Origin: a virus
Lineage: Duplodnaviria; Caudoviricetes
DNA: 61,750 bases
Direction: 5' to 3' (one strand)
Virus record (IMG/VR): IMGVR_UViG_3300044941_000295
Location: 1 to 61,750 of that record
Shown here piece by piece: positions 1 through 8,294 of this stretch. How positions within the stretch are numbered: position 1 is the stretch's first letter; the number at the start of each line of letters is the position of its first letter. The notes beneath the pieces were generated by a model. The model made no database searches. It saw only the letters and a list, made by a program, of their open reading frames with translations, and had not been told where the DNA came from. The position numbers were made by a program, and so were the translations under genes.

Positions 1-2559
1 CAATATAATGATAAAATTAAAAATAACATAAATGTTGTAGAGCCTAGCAAAAAAACTTTTAAATTTGTACAAGGTGTCGAAAAACCAAATAGACATTGGT
101 TTGGTTTGGGTAAAGGTTCTTGTAAAAATGAAGGTAAGGCGATGGGGCATTGCGGAAACGTTCCTTCGGAAGTCGAAGGGGATGAAGTTTTATCCTTTAG
201 GACTGAACATAAAATTGGAAAACGAACTTACCACGAACCTCACCTAACATTTATTTATAACAATGGTTTCCTTGGTGAAATGAAAGGTAGAGGAAATGAA
301 AAACCAGCCAAACATTATCACCGTGAAATTGCTAACTTACTGAAACATCCTAGGATTAAAGGAATAATGGGAGGAGGGTATGAGGCTAAAAATAATTTTC
401 ATTTTACCGATCTTTCTCCAGAATTACAAAAAGAAGTTTTAAACGCAAATCCAAACTTAATTACAATGGACGGTAGTGATGAGGATTTGCATAGAATTTT
501 GTATGGAAATGTTGATTTTCCAGAAAAACATAGAGATATTTTAAAAGAAATAGCCTATAACCCTAACCTTGACCCAAAACATCATGAAAGGTTGGTTAAT
601 GATGAAAACTGGGCTGTTCGTAGTGCAATAGCTTCTAACCCAAACCTAGACCCAAAACATCATGGAAGGTTGGCTAATGATGAGTCATGGCGTGTTCGCG
701 AGGCAATGGCCTCTAACCCTAACCTTGATCCAAAATTACATGAAAGGTTAGCTGGGGATGAAAACCTTTACGTTCGTGAAGCAATAGCTTCTAACCCAAA
801 ATTAGACCCAAAACATCATGGAAGGTTGGTAGGGGATAAGTCTGAAGATGTTCGTACAGCAATAGCAATTAACCCAAACCTTGATCCAAAATTACATGAA
901 AGGTTGGTTGGGGATGAAAATGAATATGTTCGTAAAGCAATAGCCTCTAACCCAAACCTTGACCCCAAACACCATGAAAGGTTAGCTGGGGATAAAAACC
1001 TTTACGTTCGTACAGCAATAGCCTCTAACCCAAATTTAGACCCAAAATTCCATGAAAGATTGGTTGGAGATAAAGAGGATAGTGTTCGTACAGCAATAGC
1101 CTCTAACCCAAATTTAGACCCAAAATTCCATGAAAGATTGGCTAATGATGAGGATTCGATTGTTCGTGAAGCAATAGCTTCTAACCCCAACCTTGACTCA
1201 AAACATCATGAAAGATTGGTTAATGATGAAAATTTGTTTGTTCGTAAAACAATAGCATCCAACCCAAACCTTGATCCAAAATTACATGAAAGGTTGGTTA
1301 ATGATAATTCATCGGTTGTTCGCGATACAATAGCTTCTAATCCCAACCTAGATTCAAAACATCAGGAAAGGTTGGTTGGGGATAAAGACAAATATGTTCG
1401 TAAAGCAATAGCCTCTAACCCAAACCTTGATCCAAAATTACATGAAAGGTTGGTTAATGATGGGGATTCGTTTGTTCGTAGAGCAATAGCCCTTAACCCC
1501 AACCTAAATTCAAAACTTCATGAAAAGTTGGTTGGGGATGAGGATTGGGCTGTTCGTAAAGCAATAGCTCGCAACCCCAACCTTGATCCAAGACTTTACA
1601 ACATCTTGCTTAAAGATAGTAATTCAGATGTTCGTGCAGCAATAAAAAAGAATCCTAGCTATATTAAATGGAAAGAAGAACAAGAAAAATCTAAGAATAA
1701 TATAAACAAATCAGAAAAAATTTTAGTGAAAAATACATATAATTATAAAATTCATAGAGATGAGGATAGGCCAGAAAAAATTTATGGAATTACGGCTTAC
1801 CACAATGGTAAGGAAATAGGCTTTGCAACTATAGATCACAAAGCGCAACATATAGACGACCCTTCTGAAATTTCCATAGACAGAGTTTATGTCAAACCAA
1901 AGCACAGAAGAAAAGGGGTGGCGACTTCTATGTATAAGTTACTAGAGGAACATTCTGGAAAAAAAATAATCCCTTCCGAAAATCAATCCCCATTAGCAAT
2001 AAAGCTTTGGAATAATCCCAATAGACCGTTTGGAAAAAGCGAGGGCTTTGCAAAATCTTCAAAAAGAAAAAAGCAAATACTAACAAAAAGCGAAAAATCA
2101 GATTTAAATAAATCCGATAACTTTATAAGAAGAGGGATTTTATTAGCTGCGCTTGCTGGAACCGTTCAGCATGTTCATGACAAATTGCAAGGACAAAAAG
2201 AGGAAGCGAGCAGACCCTACGCCTCCCAAGAGGTTGCGATAGAAAAGCCAAAAACAGAATCTGAAAAGGCTTTTGATGAGGCGCAAAAACAAGCCTTTGG
2301 TATTGCAGCAAAGGGTTGGCCGCTTTCCAGAAAATTAGCAAAAGAAACAATTAAGGCATATCCCGATCTTCATCAGCAGCACGGATACCTTCTTCACCTA
2401 TCCCCTTCTGCTTTTAAAGAAGTAATTAACAACAACCCTGAAATTAAAAAAGATATTGCACTACGTCATTACGATAAGTTACATGAAATGTTTAACGGGG
2501 ATAAAGATAAAATATTTGACGCATATAAAGCTAAATCTATGAAAACAAAAGAATTATAA
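1..2559 (+). CDS. 5'-truncated multidomain virion-associated protein: PcfJ-like motif, 14 x 26-aa helical (LRV/HEAT-like) repeats, GNAT acetyltransferase domain, C-terminal domain
   Basis: Frame is open from base 1 (QYNDKIK...), so the true start lies upstream of the window. EGKAMGHCGN motif; tandem IASNPNLDPKxHERLxxDxxxxVRxA repeats; GNAT motif A VKPKHRRKGVATSMY. Confidence 0.8.
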   Translation, partial: QYNDKIKNNINVVEPSKKTFKFVQGVEKPNRHWFGLGKGSCKNEGKAMGHCGNVPSEVEGDEVLSFRTEHKIGKRTYHEPHLTFIYNNGFLGEMKGRGNEKPAKHYHREIANLLKHPRIKGIMGGGYEAKNNFHFTDLSPELQKEVLNANPNLITMDGSDEDLHRILYGNVDFPEKHRDILKEIAYNPNLDPKHHERLVNDENWAVRSAIASNPNLDPKHHGRLANDESWRVREAMASNPNLDPKLHERLAGDENLYVREAIASNPKLDPKHHGRLVGDKSEDVRTAIAINPNLDPKLHERLVGDENEYVRKAIASNPNLDPKHHERLAGDKNLYVRTAIASNPNLDPKFHERLVGDKEDSVRTAIASNPNLDPKFHERLANDEDSIVREAIASNPNLDSKHHERLVNDENLFVRKTIASNPNLDPKLHERLVNDNSSVVRDTIASNPNLDSKHQERLVGDKDKYVRKAIASNPNLDPKLHERLVNDGDSFVRRAIALNPNLNSKLHEKLVGDEDWAVRKAIARNPNLDPRLYNILLKDSNSDVRAAIKKNPSYIKWKEEQEKSKNNINKSEKILVKNTYNYKIHRDEDRPEKIYGITAYHNGKEIGFATIDHKAQHIDDPSEISIDRVYVKPKHRRKGVATSMYKLLEEHSGKKIIPSENQSPLAIKLWNNPNRPFGKSEGFAKSSKRKKQILTKSEKSDLNKSDNFIRRGILLAALAGTVQHVHDKLQGQKEEASRPYASQEVAIEKPKTESEKAFDEAQKQAFGIAAKGWPLSRKLAKETIKAYPDLHQQHGYLLHLSPSAFKEVINNNPEIKKDIALRHYDKLHEMFNGDKDKIFDAYKAKSMKTKEL
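550..1641 (+). repeat. 14 tandem coding repeats of 78 nt (26 aa)
   Basis: Counted directly. Units around 1006 and 1084 share a long identical DNA stretch. Confidence 0.95.
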
Positions 2560-2566
2560 GAAATAG

Positions 2567-2595
2567 TTGCAGTCTCCTTGCTTATATGTTAAAGT
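2567..2595 (+). promoter_or_regulatory. sigma70-like promoter TTGCAG-17-TAAAGT with TG extension, embedded in a hairpin covering the RBS of the SLT gene
   Basis: Hexamers at 2567-2572 and 2590-2595; inverted repeat 2571-2584/2596-2609. Confidence 0.6.
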
Positions 2596-2611
2596 TAAGT
2601 AGGGAGACTTT

Positions 2612-3106
2612 ATGAAAGCGTTTTTTTTATTATTTTTATGTCAAGTTTCTTTAGCTGATACTGCACTTTATAAACAAATTATTAAAAACAAGCCAAATAT
2701 TGACAAAAAATATGCAAAGCAAATCGCTCACCACGTTAACATGGTACATATTAAATATAAAATCCCAAAAAGGGTTTATGTGGCAATTTTAATGCAAGAG
2801 AGCAGTTACAATTTAAAAGCAGTCAATAAATCTTCCTCGGATTTTGGCATTGCTCAAATTAATTACAAAACAGCTACAGCCTTTAAATTTGACATAAAAA
2901 GACTGACAACTGATTTGCGATATTCGATTGAGGCAGGAGCTATTGTTATGGCCGATTTTTATCGGATGTACGGCAAAAAAGACCCTCTCTGGTTTACCCG
3001 CTATCACCATAGCAAGCCATCGCTTCGCAAACAATACCTTAAAAGTATCTCTCGTTGGATGACTAACGATTTGAAAGTATCTTATAGCCAATACTATGAA
3101 AACTAA
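2612..3106 (+). CDS. lytic transglycosylase (SLT domain) with N-terminal signal peptide
   Basis: ILMQESS catalytic Glu motif, DFGIAQIN motif, MKAFFLLFLCQVSLA leader. Confidence 0.85.
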   Translation: MKAFFLLFLCQVSLADTALYKQIIKNKPNIDKKYAKQIAHHVNMVHIKYKIPKRVYVAILMQESSYNLKAVNKSSSDFGIAQINYKTATAFKFDIKRLTTDLRYSIEAGAIVMADFYRMYGKKDPLWFTRYHHSKPSLRKQYLKSISRWMTNDLKVSYSQYYEN

Positions 3107-3389
3107 AAAAGAACATGAAGAGTTTTTAAAGATTGCAGAATGGGACGATGTTGCTGAAATTCTCGTTGATTTGGAACAGCATAGGCATCGTTTTAAAAAT
3201 GAAATGACCAAACAACAGCTCCAAGATTTGGATGAAATTATAGAGCTTTACGATAATTATCGAGCTGTATTGCTTGACAAAATTTCAAAAGAAACCTCTT
3301 TTAATCGCACTATGGGGTTAGAGATAAAAGAGGCGATTAATGAGATGACGGTCGGGACAGAGCTATCTGAGGATGATGACGTCTTTTAA
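3096..3389 (+). CDS. hypothetical protein
   Basis: 97-aa ORF overlapping the previous stop. Confidence 0.7.
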   Translation: MKTKKEHEEFLKIAEWDDVAEILVDLEQHRHRFKNEMTKQQLQDLDEIIELYDNYRAVLLDKISKETSFNRTMGLEIKEAINEMTVGTELSEDDDVF

Positions 3390-3394
3390 AAAGC

Positions 3395-3402
3395 AATCTT
3401 TA
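3395..3402 (+). promoter_or_regulatory. putative late promoter motif AATCTTTA
   Basis: Same octamer recurs just upstream of 7 structural/lysis genes. Confidence 0.65.
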
Positions 3403-3418
3403 AAAGAAAGAGGTTTTT

Positions 3419-3946
3419 ATGGACATAAAATCAGAAGACGTCGCAGAAATCGTCGAAGTTGGCGAGCTAAATGGCGATAAAGTCAAAATGATCAAAACTT
3501 GGGGTGGTCTCCACGTAATGGTCGGAAAAAAAGACAAAAATAGTAAAAAGCCAGACGCCCTTGCTGCGGCAAGCCATAAAGCGTTGGCAGTTCACCAACT
3601 TGAAAAAATGTATGGTAATGATTTTAGACCTTCTATAATGAAATCAGAGGGTTACAATTCTGAGCAAGTATCTGATTTTCAAGTCACTCCCGAAATGTCC
3701 AAGGATCATCTGGAAATTCAGGCTATTCAAAAAAACAATCAAGTTGAATTTGTTGTCTCTAGGTTTGGTCTGATATTGGCTAAATATGGCTGCGAAATCC
3801 AAAAAAACGAATTAGTTCTGCTTGGATATCAAAAAAACAGTAAGGCTTCTGAAACTTTACAAAAGAATCAAGAGGATATTACAAAGTCTATCCAAAAAGC
3901 TATGACGGCTTTTATTGAAAAGAACAAAATCAATTTCAAAGTATAA
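3419..3946 (+). CDS. hypothetical virion-region protein
   Basis: AGAGG RBS; internal IMKS motif. Confidence 0.75.
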   Translation: MDIKSEDVAEIVEVGELNGDKVKMIKTWGGLHVMVGKKDKNSKKPDALAAASHKALAVHQLEKMYGNDFRPSIMKSEGYNSEQVSDFQVTPEMSKDHLEIQAIQKNNQVEFVVSRFGLILAKYGCEIQKNELVLLGYQKNSKASETLQKNQEDITKSIQKAMTAFIEKNKINFKV

Positions 3947-4164
3947 TGTCAGTTATTAATTTAGATTCAATTAGACATGCTAAAAAGCAGTCTAAATTAT
4001 TGAAATTGCTAGATTGCAAAGCCTCGCATACAGCTTTAGAAGTGTGCTTAAGCACTTTAAATATGAATAATTTAGAGGAATTAAACGAAGTCAAACAGTG
4101 TATAAAAAGAACTATTAAAAAACTAGAAAAGATAGATCAGGATGCCAAAGAAGAAAACATCTAA
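3946..4164 (+). CDS. hypothetical protein
   Basis: TAATG translational coupling. Confidence 0.65.
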   Translation: MSVINLDSIRHAKKQSKLLKLLDCKASHTALEVCLSTLNMNNLEELNEVKQCIKRTIKKLEKIDQDAKEENI

Positions 4165-5056
4165 ACCACAATTAAGCACATTACCTAAAACGGTTCCTTT
4201 GCCGGAAATGAGCTTTAATTTAAATAAAAGCGACGACTTTGTTAAGTCCTTAGGTGTTAAATTTGAGCATTATAGGGCCATCCCCTCCCCTATTGGCTTA
4301 AACGATCGAGGAGAATATAGGAGAGTTGACGCTCTGGACACAATTGCTGAAAACGGTATGCTTTATAAAAAGTGCGGAGAATTCACCGCAACGCTAGTAA
4401 GTAACAGCTCCAGCAAAAATAAAGTGGAAGGTGGTATATTTGATCAATCGACTGCTCGAATTATACTGCCACGGTATTATGACACCGACAGTCCAACACA
4501 TCCAAATGAAGAAATTCATCTTTGTGTGGGGGATAGAGTCTATATTAAGGACATGGAAGTTAAAGTTGTGAACTATCAAAGATGCGAATATAACCCTAAT
4601 TATTCCGATTACTTACAGTATCCTGCCCTTTGCGTGGAAATGTTGGTAGACTCTCGAGGAATTGAGTATAAAGAAGGGGTAGACTTTAAAATTGATAAAA
4701 ATGGAAATATCCAGTGGACTGGAGCTAAAACCCCCGGCATTGATCCTGACACTGGAAAGGGAAGAGTGTATTCCGTTCGCTATAAATACAACGCTTACTG
4801 GTATATCGTTTCAATTCCAAATGAGGTAAGAATTACGAATACGACCGAAGGTGGGATTAGAAAACCCTCCAGAATGCCGTATCAGGCTTATATCCAGAGA
4901 GAGTATGTGTACCATATTACACCCCGTAAGGATAATGAGCCAGAAAAACCAAGACAAATCGACCCCACCAGAAAAATACCCGAACCTACCACTCCCTTGC
5001 CAGTTAGCGATTATAAGGTAAAGGTAAATGTTGGAAATTTCAGTGAAGACGATTAA
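4142..5056 (+). CDS. putative neck/head-tail connector protein
   Basis: YKEGVDFKID..GNIQW and YSVRY motifs seen in myophage neck proteins; module position. Confidence 0.5.
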   Translation: MPKKKTSKPQLSTLPKTVPLPEMSFNLNKSDDFVKSLGVKFEHYRAIPSPIGLNDRGEYRRVDALDTIAENGMLYKKCGEFTATLVSNSSSKNKVEGGIFDQSTARIILPRYYDTDSPTHPNEEIHLCVGDRVYIKDMEVKVVNYQRCEYNPNYSDYLQYPALCVEMLVDSRGIEYKEGVDFKIDKNGNIQWTGAKTPGIDPDTGKGRVYSVRYKYNAYWYIVSIPNEVRITNTTEGGIRKPSRMPYQAYIQREYVYHITPRKDNEPEKPRQIDPTRKIPEPTTPLPVSDYKVKVNVGNFSEDD

Positions 5057-5061
5057 AAAAC

Positions 5062-5069
5062 AATCTTTA
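5062..5069 (+). promoter_or_regulatory. putative late promoter motif AATCTTTA
   Basis: Intergenic, 17 nt before ATG 5087. Confidence 0.65.
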
Positions 5070-5086
5070 GCTTGAGGAGCTAGTTT

Positions 5087-5557
5087 ATGAAACCTATTTT
5101 TGAATTGCTAAAAAGAGTTGTATCTGGATACGCAAAAGATCTTGGATCTATCTTTAACGAAGCCTACAATGAGCCTTCAGGAGCAATTAAGCAGATCATT
5201 GTAGAGCCAGTTGTGCGTAGGCCTGTAACTGCTTCTGACCTGATTCCTTTTGGGTCTTATGTTAAGGTGACTGGAACTACTTATCAATTACGTCTTTTAG
5301 GTAAGGCATACAACCCGCTTAAAGTTTACAGGAAAAACGAAATGGTTACTCAAGGCGGAAGAGTCTATATTGCTGAAGAAGATGGTATTACAGGAACGTT
5401 TGATGCGTCTAAATGGAATGATGTGGCTCCTGATATAATAGGCCCCATCACCATTCAAGCAGGTTCCGTCGTTTGTTGCGGAAGATTCCACAATAATGTT
5501 AACGCTGCGGGTTTTTTGATTGACGATGACTCAGAGATTAAGAAAAGTGAAATGTAA
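5087..5557 (+). CDS. virion protein with CBM5/12-like carbohydrate-binding motif
   Basis: YNPLKVYRKNEMVTQGGRVYIA...W resembles the CBM5/12 consensus. Confidence 0.5.
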   Translation: MKPIFELLKRVVSGYAKDLGSIFNEAYNEPSGAIKQIIVEPVVRRPVTASDLIPFGSYVKVTGTTYQLRLLGKAYNPLKVYRKNEMVTQGGRVYIAEEDGITGTFDASKWNDVAPDIIGPITIQAGSVVCCGRFHNNVNAAGFLIDDDSEIKKSEM

Positions 5558-6542
5558 ATTTTTTATTAAAAAATATTTAGGTGATAGCTTTGAATCGGAT
5601 ATGTTAAAATCTGAGGTAGGGGCTATTCTAAAGCCAGATGCCAATGCAAACGTACTTCCTCATGAAATGTACGTTTCCCTACAAATTGTGCCAAGGACAG
5701 TCATCTCCTTGTTGGTTCAAAAACTGAAGCCTCTTAAGCCCGGCCAACACACAGATATTGCATGGCCAACCGATTCGGGAGCTATTCACAATATTCATAT
5801 TAACAAAATTTCAAGTGATTTGTATTCAGGAGAGATTACAGGAGAGGGTAAAGTTTTAGCTAAATTTGGGTATAGAAGCTTGCCCGCTGTAGGGTTAGTT
5901 ATTATGTCCACTTATGAGCTGTATGACAAGGAAACTAATAAGCAAGACCTGCAAAACCCCCAAATCGACTATGACAAGGTTCAGAGAATTATTGACGAAA
6001 GAATCAGAATGCAAGCTCTTGTTGAAGATGTTGTAAGTAGGAAATTATCTGAAAGAGACGCCTTACAACAACTTATAATGCAAAGAATTAACGACTACTT
6101 AAGAGTTTCTGAATCAATTAAACAGGAAACACCTCAAGAAAATCAACATAACAATCTAGAACAATCCGAATATATGGAGGAGCATACAGAGGAAGAGTCT
6201 GATGAGCCAGAAATCGATGAGATTGATGTTGATAAAGAAGTGATTGAAGAAGTGGAAAACACTAAAAAAGATAAAAAAAATAAGCTTAAAGATTTTTTAA
6301 ACAAAAAAGTTAAAAAAACTGAAAGTGTTAAAATACTTAAGCAAGAAATTAAATGCCCCTACTGCAGCACAACTATTTTTAAAGGTGGAGATTCGATTGA
6401 TTTGTGCGTATGTTTTGGGGAAGATTTTGGAAACTCAATTAAAATTAAAAAAAACAAAAATAACGAATACACATTTAAATATCCTAAAAACTTTAGCATT
6501 GATAATGCCACCATGCTTTTAGGATTTTTAAAGAAAAAATAG
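5547..6542 (+). CDS. hypothetical virion-region protein with C-terminal Zn-ribbon (start uncertain, GTG 5547)
   Basis: CPYC...CVC; MLKS motif near N-terminus. Confidence 0.65.
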   Translation: MKCKFFIKKYLGDSFESDMLKSEVGAILKPDANANVLPHEMYVSLQIVPRTVISLLVQKLKPLKPGQHTDIAWPTDSGAIHNIHINKISSDLYSGEITGEGKVLAKFGYRSLPAVGLVIMSTYELYDKETNKQDLQNPQIDYDKVQRIIDERIRMQALVEDVVSRKLSERDALQQLIMQRINDYLRVSESIKQETPQENQHNNLEQSEYMEEHTEEESDEPEIDEIDVDKEVIEEVENTKKDKKNKLKDFLNKKVKKTESVKILKQEIKCPYCSTTIFKGGDSIDLCVCFGEDFGNSIKIKKNKNNEYTFKYPKNFSIDNATMLLGFLKKK

Positions 6543-6551
6543 AGGTTTAAT

Positions 6552-8027
6552 ATGGCAAAGGTCTATCTAGCTTTGAATGGCGACAATGTGGGTTCTAAAA
6601 TTAGCGAAACCATTATGTCCAACAACCCTGAAGAAGTGCGTAAGGTATCTGCAAACTTTAATCAAGCTCATGCCGAAATTGACCAGTGGGTAGAAAAGAA
6701 TGGGGGTAGGGTTATTTCCGCTTCAGGAGATGAGGCTATCTACGAAATCGATGATTCTAAAATTAATGAATTGAGCCGTTTAGCTTCTAATTATGAATCC
6801 AAAACAGGGCACACGTTGACCGCAGGGGTTGGCTCCGATATCATGGAAGCGGTAAAAGCTATGGTTTATGGAAAAATGCACGATCCCGGTCAAATCATTC
6901 AGTATGACGAAGAAATCGATGAGGCTATTTCACCTAAAGAGGAAGCTCAAGCGGAAGAAATCGCAGAAGACTTAGATGAAGGCGATATGGAAGAGGAAGA
7001 CGATTCTGAAGAGCTTCCAGAGGACGACATGGAAGAGGACGACATGGAAGACCTTCCAGAAGATGAAATGGAAGAAGAGGATATGGAAGAGCTTCCAGAG
7101 GACGACATAGAAGAGGACGACATGGAAGACCTTCCAGAAGAGGATATGGAAGAAGAAGATGATTCTGAAGAGCTTCCAGAAGATGATTCTGAAGAGCTTC
7201 CAGAAGATGATTCTAAAGAGCTTCCAGAGGACGACATGGAAGAGCTTCCAGAAGAGGATATGGAAGAAGAGGATGATTCTGAAGAGCTTCCAGAAGAGGA
7301 TATGGAAGAAGAAGATGATTCTGAAGAGCTTCCAGAAGAGGATATGGAAGAGGGTGAGGGTACGGATGAAGAATCTGGCGAAGATGAAGATGCTGTGGTA
7401 ATGCCAAAAAACAAATTTATTAACGAACACAAAAAACTTGTTGACACCTTAAGATCTCCAGAGCATGAAGATGATTTGAAAGAAGCTGAAGATCAGGAAA
7501 AAGAATTGGAGGAATTCCAAGGTCGAGACAGCGACGCAGATATGTCGGAAGACGAAGATATGGAAGAAAGCTCTGATATTGACGGCGAGGATGAAGTTTC
7601 TGAAGAAGGGGTTGAACCATCTTCTGATGAAGAAATAGAAGATAATGAGGCGCCCGAAAATATGGAGGATCAAAGCCAATCACCTCTTCCTCATCCTTAT
7701 ATGCTTCATTCAGAGGAGCCAGAAGAAGGTCAAGATGAAGAAATGGAAGGGGAAGAGCAATCCGCCCAAGGCAATCAAGAGCTTAAGCAGAGAGTAATGC
7801 AAACCCTCATGTCTTTTAAGCAAAATAAAGATAAAATTGAAATGATGAAAGAAAGTGACCCAGAAATGTATAGAAATACAATCGATATGCTTAACCGCAT
7901 GATTGAAATGGCAAGACAGCTTCAGGCGTCACCTGATGCGGAAATGATGGAGCAAGCTCAACAGCAGCCGCCAATGCCTATGCAGGAGGAAGCTCCAGAA
8001 GTAAAAAAGCCGCTGGGCGGGATGTAG
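6552..8027 (+). CDS. mCpol/GGDEF-like palm domain fused to long acidic repeat region (0-frame product, 491 aa)
   Basis: VYLALNGDNVG...ISASGDE...TAGVG...AVKAMVYGK motif order; AGAGG RBS. Confidence 0.7.
   Translation: MAKVYLALNGDNVGSKISETIMSNNPEEVRKVSANFNQAHAEIDQWVEKNGGRVISASGDEAIYEIDDSKINELSRLASNYESKTGHTLTAGVGSDIMEAVKAMVYGKMHDPGQIIQYDEEIDEAISPKEEAQAEEIAEDLDEGDMEEEDDSEELPEDDMEEDDMEDLPEDEMEEEDMEELPEDDIEEDDMEDLPEEDMEEEDDSEELPEDDSEELPEDDSKELPEDDMEELPEEDMEEEDDSEELPEEDMEEEDDSEELPEEDMEEGEGTDEESGEDEDAVVMPKNKFINEHKKLVDTLRSPEHEDDLKEAEDQEKELEEFQGRDSDADMSEDEDMEESSDIDGEDEVSEEGVEPSSDEEIEDNEAPENMEDQSQSPLPHPYMLHSEEPEEGQDEEMEGEEQSAQGNQELKQRVMQTLMSFKQNKDKIEMMKESDPEMYRNTIDMLNRMIEMARQLQASPDAEMMEQAQQQPPMPMQEEAPEVKKPLGGM
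6960..7390 (+). repeat. coding acidic tandem repeats (EELPEEDMEEEDDS-like)
   Basis: Recurrent gaagagcttccagaagaggatatggaagaa units. Confidence 0.9.
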
Positions 8028-8065
8028 TCAAGTCAACTCGCCTGCCCAAAAAATCGACTAGACAT
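7984..8065 (+). promoter_or_regulatory. programmed -1 ribosomal frameshift signal
   Basis: AGGAGG 7984-7989; A AAA AAG 8003-8009 in the correct phase; stem TGGGCGGG 8014-8021 / CCTGCCCA 8041-8048; loop TAGTC can pair with GACTA 8056-8060. Confidence 0.8.
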
Positions 8066-8293
8066 ATACCAAAGCCAAGACTGCCGCTAGGATGGGTTAA
8101 AGATGGCAAGATTAAAGTTAAGGATGGCGACACTGGAAAAATTATGTGGCGAGGGGTTCGTAGAGGTCTTAGTTTAGATTTTGACGGAGATCCAACCTCT
8201 GAAAGACATAACTATTCTGAAGCTAAAGTAATTAACACTCATTCGCCAAGATCAGGCAGACCTAGAAAACGCACCCCCGAAACAAGAGGGTGA
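8009..8293 (+). CDS. -1 frame extension (94 aa, AAGRDVVKSTRLPKK...TPETRG) of the 6552 gene; fusion about 580 aa
   Basis: Open frame fills the gap exactly, ending TGA 8291-8293 just before ATG 8295; no start codon between the upstream in-frame stop (7934) and the slip site. Confidence 0.75.
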   Translation, partial: AAGRDVVKSTRLPKKSTRHIPKPRLPLGWVKDGKIKVKDGDTGKIMWRGVRRGLSLDFDGDPTSERHNYSEAKVINTHSPRSGRPRKRTPETRG

Positions 8294-8294
8294 T

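Noticed and set aside
550-1641. 78-nt periodic repeat with variable segments as a CRISPR array
   Set aside because: Repeats are in-frame coding units with synonymous variation; no invariant repeat with unique spacers and no cas genes
6947-7683. Antisense and alternate-frame ORFs (Ser-rich, Phe-rich, MILKSFQK repeats)
   Set aside because: Shadows of the acidic repeat; no RBS or independent coding signal
8028-8294. Non-coding RNA or independent small gene in the gap
   Set aside because: The gap is fully explained by a -1 frame ORF linked to a slippery site; the first in-frame ATG (about 8144) would omit half the frame
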